DNA of 64,000 bases from the NCBI GenBank assembly GCA_963845565.1, contig CAWJSJ010000002.1:352001-416000 (forward strand). The letters are read 5' to 3'. The stretch comes from an uncultured Methylomirabilota bacterium. GTDB lineage: Bacteria > Methylomirabilota > Methylomirabilia > Methylomirabilales > 2-02-FULL-66-22. Positions within the stretch are counted from its first letter, which is position 1. Every line of letters starts with the position of its first letter. Below are positions 40,044 to 50,344 of this stretch, piece after piece. Position numbers and translations under genes: made by a program. The notes beneath the pieces are model-generated. The model was not told where the DNA came from and did no database searches. It saw only the letters and a program-made list of their open reading frames with translations.

Positions 40044-41489
40044 GGTGACCAGCGGCAGGCGCACGGTGAACGTGCTGCCGACGCCGAGCGTGCTCTCCAC
40101 CTGGATCGTCCCCTGGTGGGCCTCGGCGATGGTTTTGGCGATGCACAACCCCAGGCCCGTCCCGCCCGCCTCGCGCGACCGCGCGCCGTCCACCCGGTAG
40201 AACCGATCGAAGATTCGCGGCAGCGCCTCGGGTGGGACACCGACGCCCGTGTCCCGGACCGAGATCTCCGCGAACTCCTCCGGGGACACGCCCGCCGCCG
40301 GCACGCCGTCCTCTTCGCGCTTGGCGGCCCGAAGGGCCAGGTCCACGCGCCCCCCCGACGGCGTGTACTTCACGGCGTTATCGACCAGATTGAGCAAGAG
40401 CTGTCTGAGTCGCTGCTCGTCCCCCTGCACGATCAGGGGCTCCACGCTCTGGATGCCGACCTGTACCCCCCGGGCCTGCCCTAGCACCATGCCCTGCCTG
40501 GCGGCGTCCTCCAACAGCCGATCCAACTCCACCGGGCCCCGCTCCCAGCGCAGCGCCCCCGCATCCGACCGGGACAGCATCAGCAGGTCATCCACCAGCC
40601 GCGCCATCCGCCCCACCTCTTCCAGGGCGCTTACCAGGACGCGCTGGTACTCAGCCGGCTCGCGCGCACTGCGCAGGGCGACCTCGATCTCGCCCTTCAG
40701 GATCGTGAGCGGGGTCCGCAGCTCGTGCGACGCATCCGCGGAGAAGCGGCGCACCTGGGCGAAACCGGCCTCCAGGCGGGCCAGCATCTCATTCAGCGTT
40801 CGGGCGAGCCGCCCGAGCTCGTCGTTTGTCTCGGCTCCCTCCAGGCGTTCGGCCAGGCGTTCGGCTTCGATGCGCCGGGCGGCCTGCGTCATCTGATCCA
40901 CGGGCCGGAGCACCCGCCGCGCCAGGAGCCATCCGCCGCCGCCCGCCAAGAGCAGTCCCAGGGGGGTCAGTGTGGCGAGGGCCCAGAGGAAATGCCGCCG
41001 CTCTCGAACGAGCCCCTCCAGCGACATGCCCACCTGGAGCACGTTGACGATCTGCCCCCGCAACACGATGGGAAAGGTGAAGACCCGCAGCGGGTACCCG
41101 CCGTCGTTCGGCAGCGTCTCGAACGTCCCGTACCCTTCCGTCGCGTTCTTCAGGGCCTTGGGGCTGATGGCAACCGGAGGGTTCTGGAGTCGGGGCAGGC
41201 GGGGGTCCACCTCGCCGCGGGGATCCAGGAACTGGTAGAAGCGGTCTGCAAAGTTCGACCCGAAGTATCGGCGCAGCAGCTCGTTCATGTCCGGCGGCAC
41301 GAATTCGGTGGCGGTCTGCGCTGCGGCCTGCGCGGCGGCCCTGGCGACGCGCTCCAGTGTGCCGTCCGCATCGTTCCACAGCCCGCGCATCAAGAGCCCG
41401 TAGGCCACCGTGCCCAAGACGAGCACCGTCGCGGCCAGGATCCCGGTGTACCAGAGCGTCATCCGCGCCCGGATCGAGAGTCGCCTCAT
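40041..41489 (-). CDS. HAMP sensor histidine kinase (CusS/CzcS-like)
   Basis: Two TM segments; ASHELRTPL, NLVDNAVKY, DTGVG, GTGLGL. Confidence 0.92.
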   Translation of the reverse strand: MRRLSIRARMTLWYTGILAATVLVLGTVAYGLLMRGLWNDADGTLERVARAAAQAAAQTATEFVPPDMNELLRRYFGSNFADRFYQFLDPRGEVDPRLPRLQNPPVAISPKALKNATEGYGTFETLPNDGGYPLRVFTFPIVLRGQIVNVLQVGMSLEGLVRERRHFLWALATLTPLGLLLAGGGGWLLARRVLRPVDQMTQAARRIEAERLAERLEGAETNDELGRLARTLNEMLARLEAGFAQVRRFSADASHELRTPLTILKGEIEVALRSAREPAEYQRVLVSALEEVGRMARLVDDLLMLSRSDAGALRWERGPVELDRLLEDAARQGMVLGQARGVQVGIQSVEPLIVQGDEQRLRQLLLNLVDNAVKYTPSGGRVDLALRAAKREEDGVPAAGVSPEEFAEISVRDTGVGVPPEALPRIFDRFYRVDGARSREAGGTGLGLCIAKTIAEAHQGTIQVESTLGVGSTFTVRLPLVT

Positions 41490-42184
41490 CTCGACTCTCG
41501 GCTCTCTGGTCTCGGCTCGGCTTGCAACACATAGCCGGTGCCGCGTACCGTGTGGAGCAGCTTCGGCTCTCGGCCCGCGTCGACCTTCTTCCGCAGGTAG
41601 TTCACGTACACGTCGATCACGTTGGTCCCGGAGTCGAAATCGTAATCCCAGACGTGCTCGGCGATCATCGTCCGGGTGAGGACCCGGCCGGGATTGCGCA
41701 GGAAATACTCCAGGAGGGCGAACTCGCGGTTGGTAAGGGTAATGGGCTCGCCGCCGCGGGCGACCGAGTGCGTCGCGGGGTCCAGAACCAAATCGGCGAT
41801 CTGGAGCTTCGGCGTGCGTGCATCGGCCCGCCGCCGCAGGAGGGCCCGGACGCGCGCGAGCAGCTCCGCGAATGCGAAAGGCTTGGTCAGATAATCGTCT
41901 GCCCCGGCGTCCAGCCCCTGCACCTTGTCCTCCACGGTGTCTCGCGCGGTCAGGAGCAGCACCGGCGTGGTCAACTTCTCCTGCCGCAGCTCTCGCAACA
42001 CCTGGAATCCCGGCTTCTTCGGCAGCATGACGTCCAGGATGATCAGGTCGTGGAGCCGGTCCAGACCCATAAAGAGGCCGGCCTCGCCGTCGGGGGCCAC
42101 GTCCACCGCGTAGCCCTCCTCCTCCAATCCTTTATGGATGAAGCTGGCGACTTTCTTGTCGTCCTCCACCAGGAGAATCCGCAT
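41486..42184 (-). CDS. OmpR-family response regulator (CusR-like)
   Basis: ILLVEDD, LDVMLP, GADDYLTKPF, VRGTGY. Confidence 0.93.
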   Translation of the reverse strand: MRILLVEDDKKVASFIHKGLEEEGYAVDVAPDGEAGLFMGLDRLHDLIILDVMLPKKPGFQVLRELRQEKLTTPVLLLTARDTVEDKVQGLDAGADDYLTKPFAFAELLARVRALLRRRADARTPKLQIADLVLDPATHSVARGGEPITLTNREFALLEYFLRNPGRVLTRTMIAEHVWDYDFDSGTNVIDVYVNYLRKKVDAGREPKLLHTVRGTGYVLQAEPRPESRESR

Positions 42185-42219
42185 GACACCCCCCACGTGA
42201 CGCACGCGACGCGCGGCGT

Positions 42220-42618
42220 CTATGCTCGGCTCTCGGGTCTCGGGTCTCGGGTCTTTCGTCTCGCCGCCGCATCGTGGCTGGCGGTCACCACGGTGTGAAT
42301 GCCGCCCCGGACGTAGAAATCGCCGGCCACGGTCATATGCCGCGGTCGGGTCGCGCTGACCAGATCGTCCAGGATGGCGTTGGTCACCGCCTCATGGAAG
42401 TGGCCCTCGTTTCGGAACGACCACAGGTACAGCTTCAACGACTTCAGCTCCACGCAGAGCCGGTCGGGTACGTAGCGGATGCGGAGTGTGGCGAAGTCCG
42501 GTTGGCCGGTCATCGGGCACAGGCACGTGAACTCCGCGCACTCGAAGCTGATCTCGTAATCCCGCCCTGGGTTGGGGTTGGGAAAGGTCTCCAGGCGCTT
42601 GGCAGGTTTCGTTGGCAC
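42220..42618 (-). CDS. queF: preQ0 reductase (7-cyano-7-deazaguanine reductase)
   Basis: [29 protein letters not shown]. Confidence 0.95.
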   Translation of the reverse strand: MPTKPAKRLETFPNPNPGRDYEISFECAEFTCLCPMTGQPDFATLRIRYVPDRLCVELKSLKLYLWSFRNEGHFHEAVTNAILDDLVSATRPRHMTVAGDFYVRGGIHTVVTASHDAAARRKTRDPRPESRA

Positions 42619-42628
42619 ATCGGTCTCC

Positions 42629-42733
42629 TTAGGAGCCGTTACGAAATAGGTTGGCCATTGTTTGAGATTTCGTTACGGCTCCTTATGCCGTTCCCGGAAT
42701 TTTTCCGGTCAATTATTCTATGACAACGGCTTA
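42629..42733. repeat. Family-B repeat, copy 2, TTA on both sides
   Basis: CTCC|TTA|GGAGCC...GACAACGGC|TTA|GCGG. Confidence 0.9.
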
Positions 42734-43198
42734 GCGGCGCCGGCTCCGCCAGCCGTCCACTCCCCAGTAATCCCCCGCGGCGCCGATCAAGACGACCAGC
42801 AGGAGGATGATGAAGTCCTTGTCGTGGGCCGCGGCGGGATTGGCCCAGCCCTTGGCGAACAGATAGTTTCCGACCATAAAGATCCCGACGCTGGCAGAGC
42901 ACCGGGTCATCGCGCCCAGGATCAGCGCGGCGCCCGCCAGCGTCTCGCCCAGCGAAGTCAGGACGGCGAAGAGGTGCTCGTGAGGGATGACCACTGTGGC
43001 GAGCCACTCCTTGTACCAGGCATGCGGGGTCCCCTCGGCGAACCGCTGGAGCTGTGGAAGCAGCACCCCGCCCTGCAGGAAACCCCGCTGGATCTTCGCG
43101 ATCCCCGTCATCACCAGCCAATAGCCGACGTAGAGGCGCGCCACCACCAGGGCAATCCCGGGCATGTGCGCGGCCCACCCACTCGCGAGACGAGACAT
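42731..43198 (-). CDS. DoxX family membrane protein
   Basis: RLYVG...GIAK, GETLAG..LILG, WGVD. Confidence 0.8.
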   Translation of the reverse strand: MSRLASGWAAHMPGIALVVARLYVGYWLVMTGIAKIQRGFLQGGVLLPQLQRFAEGTPHAWYKEWLATVVIPHEHLFAVLTSLGETLAGAALILGAMTRCSASVGIFMVGNYLFAKGWANPAAAHDKDFIILLLVVLIGAAGDYWGVDGWRSRRR

Positions 43199-43474
43199 GG
43201 CACCCCCCTCCTACCAGGGGCGAGGATCGCTCAGCACCCGCGTGATCTCATCCTTGGTGTGGAGCGATGGTGGATGCACGGGGCCCCTCGGGGTCTTGCG
43301 ATTTGCACGCCTGGAGGCAAGGATACACCGGGTATGCCTCAACGGCAACCCGCCGGTTGCTCTCGCTCCGTCGCCAGGGCGCGAAGGCGATTGCCTGGAA
43401 ACCCGGTTTTGTCGTATGATGAGGCGTTGTCGCCGTCGGTTTCCCGCGCGGGATGCCGGCGCCGACCCCCCTCC

Positions 43475-43531
43475 GGCCGCAAGATCGGCCGCAAGATCGT
43501 GCTTGACGCCGGCGTGGAGAGGCAATACCTT
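43475..43531 (+). promoter_or_regulatory. Sigma70-like promoter with an upstream tandem 12-mer
   Basis: GGCCGCAAGATC x2, then TTGACG-N17-TACCTT. Confidence 0.5.
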
Positions 43532-43637
43532 CGTGTCCGTTTCGCCGGGCGATCCCGGCATCAACTCGCACAGGGGCAGCTCGCGGTGGGAAGCAGGCCG
43601 CCTGCGTGCACGGCGGCCGACGGGCCGAGGAGTGATC

Positions 43638-44531
43638 ATGAAGATCAGTTGTTGTTGGCTGTTCGCGATTTCCAAGTACGGCTACCCGCCAAGCCTTCCC
43701 AACACCCATCGAGCGCTCGCAGAGATTGCCGCCCTTGGGTTCACGAGCGTCGAACTCGAAGGGGTGGGCGAAGAGAACCTCCGCGCCGTGTCCGAGGCGC
43801 GCCAGGATCTCAAGGCGCGCTGCGACGGCCTGGGACTCAAGGTCGTGAATTTCTGTCCGGTTCTCCCGGACTTGGTCCATCCGGAGAAGGCCCGGCGGAT
43901 CCAGGCCCTGGACCTCTTCAAGCTGGGGGTCGAGACGGCAAACTTCTTCGGCTGCGAGATGGTGCAGACGATCAGCTCCACCCCGCCCCTGGCGTTTGTG
44001 GGCGACGCGCCCTACAAGGATGCCCTGGCCTACGGTCAGCGGTATCAGGTGAAGGTGGACCCGGCCTTTAGCTGGGATTCCCTGTGGGGTTGGCTCACCG
44101 ACAGCATGGGGGCCTGTGCCGACGAGGCCGATCGGGCCGGGCTCAGACTGTGCCTGGAGCCGCGCGTCGGGGAGATCATCAGCAACACCGACGGGCTTCT
44201 GCGCCTCATGGAGGCGGTGGACTCGGACAACTTCGGCGCCGTGCTGGATACCGGCCACCTGAATGCCCAGAAAGAGATTCTGCCGCTCAGCGTCGAGAAG
44301 CTGGGGAGCCGGATCTACTACGTCCATGCCTCGGACAACGACGGCCAGACCAACCAGCACCTCGCGCCCGGCCGAGGCACCGTGGACTGGGACGGCGTCT
44401 TCGCGGCCCTCAAGAAGCACGGCTTCTCCGGGCATGTGGCCGTGGACGTGGGCAACGTCCCCGACGTGGACGCCCAGTACAAAGAATCCAAGGCGTTCCT
44501 CGAGAGCCTGGCGTCGCGCCTGGGTCTTTAG
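43638..44531 (+). CDS. Sugar phosphate isomerase/epimerase (AP endonuclease 2 TIM barrel)
   Basis: LEP, LDTGH, VHASDN, HLAPGRG.VDW. Confidence 0.88.
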   Translation: MKISCCWLFAISKYGYPPSLPNTHRALAEIAALGFTSVELEGVGEENLRAVSEARQDLKARCDGLGLKVVNFCPVLPDLVHPEKARRIQALDLFKLGVETANFFGCEMVQTISSTPPLAFVGDAPYKDALAYGQRYQVKVDPAFSWDSLWGWLTDSMGACADEADRAGLRLCLEPRVGEIISNTDGLLRLMEAVDSDNFGAVLDTGHLNAQKEILPLSVEKLGSRIYYVHASDNDGQTNQHLAPGRGTVDWDGVFAALKKHGFSGHVAVDVGNVPDVDAQYKESKAFLESLASRLGL

Positions 44532-44745
44532 CCGGCCGCCGATGTGACGACCTGGCCATCCGGCAATCGGGCACCCGCCCGATTGCCGGATGGCCTTCTG
44601 ACATCTCGCACCCCTTCTTCGCTCTCCACACTCGGCTCTTGGCTCTCGGCTCTCTTCGCTCGTTCCCCCTTGCGCACTCCGTCTTGCCCTGCTAGCGTTC
44701 CCGTCGTATCCGGTGCCGATCTCGACCCATGCTTGAGGGGGTGCC

Positions 44746-44997
44746 GTGCCGTTTGCTTTTTACGAACGCCTGACGCGACACCAGCAGCGAGTGTATCGGC
44801 AAAGCGACGGTGTGGCCCACGTCGCTCTCCCGCGCGCGTCTGACCTTCGCCCTGTGACGGACACCCTCCACCTGGAGTACGATCTGCTGGGTCTCGCCGA
44901 CTCTTTTCACACCGAGGGCTTCTACCAGCGCGAGTCGAGCCTTGTGCGGCAACTCCTCTCGCCGGTGCCGGACAGGACGGCGCGCCCCGATGCCTGA
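44746..44997 (+). pseudogene. Probably internally deleted conserved hypothetical protein
   Basis: MPFAFYERL...VYRQSD N-terminus abuts HLEYDLL..DSFHTEGFYQRESSL C-terminus; recalled homologues are longer (not verified). Confidence 0.45.
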
Positions 44998-45475
44998 TGC
45001 GGATCGGCGCGAGCGCGCCATCGAGTTGTGGCAGCAGGCCTACGCCTGCCAGATGCGGAAGGAACTGGACGAGGCGGTCGAGTTGTACCAGGAGTCCCTC
45101 GCCCTCTTCCCGACGGCGGAAGCGCATACCTTCCTGGGGTGGACGTACAGCTTCCAGGGGCGGCTGGACGAGGCGATTGCCGAGTGCCGCAAGGCGATCG
45201 CCCTGGATCCCGACTTCGGCAATCCCTACAACGATATCGGGGTGTATCTGATCGAGCGGGGGGACCTGCAGGGGGCCATCCCGTGGCTGGAGCGGGCCAA
45301 ACGCGCGCCACGCTACGAGCCGCGGCACTTCCCGTATCTGAATCTGGGCCGAATCTACCTTCGGCAGGCGCAGTGGCCCGAGGCGCTGCGCGAACTGGAA
45401 GCCGCAGCGCGCCTCGCGCCCGGCGATCCGGGGACGCGCAAGATGCTCCACGAGCTTCGCGCGCGTTTTAACTGA
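44990..45475 (+). CDS. Tetratricopeptide repeat protein
   Basis: AEAHTFLG..Y...GRLDEAI..C.KAI.LDP; NLGRIY. Confidence 0.88.
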   Translation: MPDADRRERAIELWQQAYACQMRKELDEAVELYQESLALFPTAEAHTFLGWTYSFQGRLDEAIAECRKAIALDPDFGNPYNDIGVYLIERGDLQGAIPWLERAKRAPRYEPRHFPYLNLGRIYLRQAQWPEALRELEAAARLAPGDPGTRKMLHELRARFN

Positions 45476-45619
45476 CCGCGGCTTCGGCCGCGGGGCAATT
45501 CGGCAACTAGGCGATTTGGCCATTCGGCACGTGGGCCCCCAATTGCCAGTCGCCAGTCGCCCAGTTGCCCAGTTGCCGATTCACCAAGTTCCCCGATCGC
45601 CTACTCACGGAGACCCCCG

Positions 45620-48600
45620 ATGACCGCGTCCACGGACCCCTCCCGTCAAACCAACCGACTGATCCACGAGACCAGTCCGTATCTTCTCCAGCACGCCCAC
45701 AACCCGGTGGACTGGTATCCCTGGGGTGCGGAGGCGCTGGCGCGAGCCAAGGCCGAGAACAGACCGATTTTGCTCAGCATCGGCTATTCGGCGTGCCATT
45801 GGTGCCACGTGATGGAGCGCGAATCATTCGAGGATGAGGCCGTCGCATCCCTCATGAACCGGCACTTCGTGAACATCAAGGTGGACCGCGAAGAGCGTCC
45901 CGACCTGGACGACATTTACATGGCCGCCACGCTGGCGCTGAACCACGGACAGGGCGGCTGGCCCATGACGGTGTTCCTCACCCCGGATCAGCGGCCGTTC
46001 TTCGCGGGGACCTACTTCCCCCCGCGGGACGGATTCGGGCGGCCCGGCTTCTCGACCCTCCTCACCCAGATCGCCGATCTGTGGGATCGGCGGCGGCCCG
46101 ACCTCGTCCTGCAGGCGGAGACGCTCACCGCGCACCTCCGCGAGCGGGCCGTGTCCGTCCCGGGTGGAAACGTCGGCGAGGCGGAGATACGTGCCGCCGT
46201 GCAGGAACTGGCCGCCGGGTTCGACCCGACCTACGGGGGATTCGGGCCCGCGCCCAAGTTCCCCCCGGCCGCGCAGATCTCGCTTCTCCTCCGACACCAC
46301 CGGCGGACCGGTGACGCTGCCGCCCTGGCCATGGCGACCAAGACCCTGGATGGCATGGCCCAGGGCGGGATGTATGACCAGATCGGCGGCGGCTTTGCCC
46401 GCTACTCCACGGATGAGCGGTGGCTGGTCCCCCACTTCGAGAAGATGCTGTACGACAACGCCCTGCTCGCGAAGACCTTCCTGGAGGGCTACCAGGTCAC
46501 GGGGGGCGCCTTCTATGCCCGGATCGCCCGCGAGATCCTGGAGTACATCCTGCGGGAGATGGTCGGCCCCGAGGGCGGGTTCTATTCGGCGACCGATGCC
46601 GACTCGGAGGGCGAGGAGGGCAAGTTCTTTGTCTGGACGCCGGCCGAGGTGGAGGCGGTCCTGGGCCCCGAAGAGGGCGGCCGGCTCTGCGCCTTTTTCG
46701 ACATCACCGACGAAGGCAACTGGGAGGGCAAGAGCATCCCGCATACGCCGCGCTCCGTGGAGCGTGTCGCCGCCCGTCTCGGGGTCGCCGTGGAGGCATT
46801 CCGAAAGAGCCTGGAGGACGGCCGGGCTCGGCTGTACGAGGCCCGCCGACAGCGGGTTCCGCCCGGGTTGGACGACAAGGTCCTCACGGCCTGGAACGGG
46901 ATGATGCTGGGGGCGATGGCGGAGGGCGCGCGGGTCCTCGGTGAGTCCCGCTATCTGGCGGCCGCCGCGCGCGCGGCGGATTTTCTGTTGGCCGTACTGC
47001 GGCGGCCCGACGGCCGGCTGCTCCGGACCTATCGCGCGGGGAAGGCCCACCTGGAAGCGTATCTCGAAGACTATGCCTTCCTGGCCGAAGGCCTTGTGGA
47101 CCTGTACGAGGCGGGCGGCGACAGTCGCTACCTCCGGGACGCCACGGGCCTTGCCGAGCGAATCCTGGCGGACTTCGGGGATCGGGCGGGCGGTTTCTTC
47201 GATACAGCGCAGGACCACGAGGCGCTCATCGTCCGGCACAAGGACGGCGCCGACGGCGCCGTCCCCAGCGCCAACGCCGTGGCCGCCTCGGTGCTCGCCC
47301 GGCTGTCCTGCCACCTGGACCGAGCCGACTTCCGGGAAGCCGCCGTCGGCGCCATCCAGGCCTACGGCCGGCCCATCGGCCAGCACCCGCGGGCCTTCTG
47401 CCGGAGTCTGGCGGTCGTGGACTTTCTCTTGGAGGGTCCGGTCGAGGTGGCCCTCGTCGGGGCGCCCGGTGCGGTGGGATTCGAGGCGCTCCGCGGCGCT
47501 CTCGCCCGACAGTTTCTTCCCAACCGGATCATCGCGCACCACGACCCTGCCGGTACGCCGACACCCGACTTGCCGCTGCTGCGCGGGAAGAGCCTCGTCG
47601 ATGGGAAGGCGGCGCTCTACATCTGCCGGAACTTCGCCTGCCAGACGCCGGTGACGGATCCCGCGAACCTGGCTCCGGCGCTGGATGCTCGGACGGGCGC
47701 GGCGCCCGACCAGGCGCGGGCCGGCATCGCGGCGCGGCTGGCGGGGCGGGCCACTGCCGAACGCACGGCGGCGCGCGCGGCTCGGTTCGTCGCCGCAGGT
47801 CTCGTGCAGGGCTACGGCCCCCTCGGGAGCACCGGCCTCGCCGTCAGCCGCCTCGGTTTCGGCTGCTACCGCGTGGACGACGAGACGCCCGACCATCGCG
47901 CCGCCTTGATCCAGGCCCTCCTCGATGGCTGCAACCTCATCGACACCTCGACGAACTATATGGACGGGGAGAGCGAGCGGCTGGTGGGCTCGGTCTTCGC
48001 CGAGCTCTCCCGCGACGGCCGCGTCGCCCGGGAGGAAGTGGTGGTCGTCTCCAAGATCGGCTACGTCCAGGGCCAGAACCTCGCCCTGGCCAAGGAGCGC
48101 GAGGCGGCAGGCACCCCGTTTCCGGAAATGGTCAAGTACCTGGACGGCTGCTGGCACTGCATCCATCCGGAGTTCTTGCAGGATCAACTCGCCCGCTCGC
48201 TGGAGCGCCTGCAACTCGACAGTCTGGATGTCTGCCTGCTCCATAATCCGGAGTATTTCTTTTCGGACGCGAAGCACCGGCGGACGGGGCGGACCGACGC
48301 GTTGCGCGACGAGTTCTACCGCCGTCTCCGCGATGCCTTTGCCTTCTTCGAAACCCAGGTGGCCGCGGGGCGGATCGGCTGGTACGGTGTCTCCTCCAAC
48401 ACGGCGGGGATCCGACCGGAGGATCCGGAAGCCACCTCGCTCTCACGGATGCTGGAGGCCGCCGTGGCGGCGGGCGGCCCGGATCACCATTTCCGGGTCG
48501 TGCAGGCGCCCTTGAACCTCTTCGAATCCGGCCCGGTCCGTCAGCCGAACACCGGCCCGGAGGCGAGCCGCACGCTCTCGGCGTTGGCGGCCGAGGTGGG

Positions 48601-49276
48601 GATCGCAGTGCTCACGAACCGCCCCCTCAACGCCTACGCCGGGCAGACGCTGATTCGCCTGGCCGACGTCCCGGAGATCGAAGAGATGGGAGCCGCAGCG
48701 CCTGACGAGGCGCTGGCGCAGGTGGCCGCCCTGGAGGAAGAGTTTCGCGCCACCATCGGTTCGCGCTTGCGCGTGCCCGACGGCGGGGCCTCGCCCAACG
48801 ATTGGTTCCGCTGGGCGGATCAGCTCCGCGCCATGACCGGGCAGCTCCAGGGGCTGGACCACTGGCAGCAGGTCGAAGAACACATGATCTCGCCGGCGGT
48901 CGGCCAGCTCGTCCAGATGCTGGACCAGTCCTTGAGCGGACCGATCCAGGAAACCTGGCGGTCCTGGCTGGAGCGGTACCTCCCGGCGCTCGACCTCCTG
49001 CTCCAGGCCTTCCGCGCCCGGGCGGCTCGGCAGAGCCAGGCGATGAGCAACCGCGTGACCGCCGGGCTGAACCCGCTCCTCCCGCTCGCTCGGCGGGGCG
49101 AGTCCTTGTCCCGGAAATCGCTCTGGGTCCTGGCCAGCACCCCGGGCGTGAGCACGGTCCTCCTGGGCATGCGGCATCCCGACTACGTGTCGGACGGCAT
49201 GGAGATCCTGAAGTGGGCGCCGCTGGGGGATTCCCGAAAGATCTATGACGCGATGGCTGAGGTCCGCGCGGGCTGA
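45620..49276 (+). CDS. YyaL/SPATA20 (DUF255) protein fused to an aldo/keto reductase domain
   Basis: [36 protein letters not shown]; then LGFGCYR, IDTSTNY, VSKIG, LLHNPE. Confidence 0.9.
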   Translation: MTASTDPSRQTNRLIHETSPYLLQHAHNPVDWYPWGAEALARAKAENRPILLSIGYSACHWCHVMERESFEDEAVASLMNRHFVNIKVDREERPDLDDIYMAATLALNHGQGGWPMTVFLTPDQRPFFAGTYFPPRDGFGRPGFSTLLTQIADLWDRRRPDLVLQAETLTAHLRERAVSVPGGNVGEAEIRAAVQELAAGFDPTYGGFGPAPKFPPAAQISLLLRHHRRTGDAAALAMATKTLDGMAQGGMYDQIGGGFARYSTDERWLVPHFEKMLYDNALLAKTFLEGYQVTGGAFYARIAREILEYILREMVGPEGGFYSATDADSEGEEGKFFVWTPAEVEAVLGPEEGGRLCAFFDITDEGNWEGKSIPHTPRSVERVAARLGVAVEAFRKSLEDGRARLYEARRQRVPPGLDDKVLTAWNGMMLGAMAEGARVLGESRYLAAAARAADFLLAVLRRPDGRLLRTYRAGKAHLEAYLEDYAFLAEGLVDLYEAGGDSRYLRDATGLAERILADFGDRAGGFFDTAQDHEALIVRHKDGADGAVPSANAVAASVLARLSCHLDRADFREAAVGAIQAYGRPIGQHPRAFCRSLAVVDFLLEGPVEVALVGAPGAVGFEALRGALARQFLPNRIIAHHDPAGTPTPDLPLLRGKSLVDGKAALYICRNFACQTPVTDPANLAPALDARTGAAPDQARAGIAARLAGRATAERTAARAARFVAAGLVQGYGPLGSTGLAVSRLGFGCYRVDDETPDHRAALIQALLDGCNLIDTSTNYMDGESERLVGSVFAELSRDGRVAREEVVVVSKIGYVQGQNLALAKEREAAGTPFPEMVKYLDGCWHCIHPEFLQDQLARSLERLQLDSLDVCLLHNPEYFFSDAKHRRTGRTDALRDEFYRRLRDAFAFFETQVAAGRIGWYGVSSNTAGIRPEDPEATSLSRMLEAAVAAGGPDHHFRVVQAPLNLFESGPVRQPNTGPEASRTLSALAAEVGIAVLTNRPLNAYAGQTLIRLADVPEIEEMGAAAPDEALAQVAALEEEFRATIGSRLRVPDGGASPNDWFRWADQLRAMTGQLQGLDHWQQVEEHMISPAVGQLVQMLDQSLSGPIQETWRSWLERYLPALDLLLQAFRARAARQSQAMSNRVTAGLNPLLPLARRGESLSRKSLWVLASTPGVSTVLLGMRHPDYVSDGMEILKWAPLGDSRKIYDAMAEVRAG

Positions 49277-49393
49277 GTCCGCCCGCAGGATGGGCGCGGG
49301 AGCCGTTCCCGCGTTCCATCGGGCGCCCGAGCCGTTCCGGGCGCCCTGAGCCTGACCGGCGCCGTCCGGTCATCACCAAGGAGGGGGAACAGC

Positions 49394-50236
49394 ATGGCAA
49401 AGAAGGCGTTGCTCGTTGGCATCAACCGGTACAGGATCCCCGGCGCTGATCTGCGCGGCTGCGTTAACGACGTGAAGAACCTGCGGACCGTTCTCACCAC
49501 ATACTGCGGCTTCGCCGGAAAGGACATCAAGACCCTCACGGATTACGCTGCCACCACCAAGGCGATGCGGGACGCCATCGCGGCACTGGTGAAGGGCGCC
49601 AAGAAGGGGGACGTCCTGCTCTTGCACTACTCCGGCCACGGCGCCAACGTCCCCGACAAGAACGGCGACGAGGCCGACCGGCGTGACGAGATCCTCTGCC
49701 CCACCGACCTCGACTGGAAGGACCCGCTTCTCGACGATTGGCTGCGCACAACGTTTGACCGGTTGCCGGCCGGCGTGAACTTCACGGTCATCATGGACTG
49801 TTGCCACTCGGGCACCAACACCCGTGCCATCCTGCCCCCGGACGCGCCGGTCATCCCCCGCTACCTGCCAAACCCGTGGGATTTGATGGCCACGGAATCC
49901 GGCCGGAATCTCAGGGGCAAGGTGAAGGGGAGTCTGCGCCGGTCCACGCCCGCGCGCCGGAAGAAGGACATCGTAGCCGTGAACATCCCGGAGGTGCTCG
50001 TCACGGGCTGCCGCGACACGCAGACCTCGGCCGACGCGGAGATCGGCGGCTCGTTCAACGGCGCCCTCACCTACAACCTGGTCGCCGCGATCAAGGCGGC
50101 CCGCGGCAAACTCACGTATCGCGAACTCCACGCCGGCACCGTGAAACGCCTCAAGAAGGGCGGGTTCTCGCAGGTCCCCCAGCTTGAAGGCCGCGCTCCG
50201 AATCTTGATCGTCCCTTCCTGTCGCCCCTGGCGTGA
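49394..50236 (+). CDS. Metacaspase (peptidase C14, stand-alone)
   Basis: KALLVGIN, LRGCVND, HYSGHG, MDCCHSG, GALT, QVPQL. Confidence 0.93.
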   Translation: MAKKALLVGINRYRIPGADLRGCVNDVKNLRTVLTTYCGFAGKDIKTLTDYAATTKAMRDAIAALVKGAKKGDVLLLHYSGHGANVPDKNGDEADRRDEILCPTDLDWKDPLLDDWLRTTFDRLPAGVNFTVIMDCCHSGTNTRAILPPDAPVIPRYLPNPWDLMATESGRNLRGKVKGSLRRSTPARRKKDIVAVNIPEVLVTGCRDTQTSADAEIGGSFNGALTYNLVAAIKAARGKLTYRELHAGTVKRLKKGGFSQVPQLEGRAPNLDRPFLSPLA

Positions 50237-50344
50237 CGCGATCCGGCCCCCGGACGGCAGCCCGTCCGGGGGCGCCCCTGCAGGACGCCGCTCCTGGGCG
50301 TCGCATCCACGTGGCTCCGGCCACGTCTCCGCGGGAGGGCCGCC

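Noticed and set aside
42619..42733. preQ1 riboswitch upstream of queF
   Set aside because: The region is fully explained by the family-B repeat and no preQ1 consensus is visible.
44990..45475. TPR protein as the sensor of the caspase module
   Set aside because: It is separated by the 3.7-kb YyaL-AKR gene, and co-orientation is the only link.
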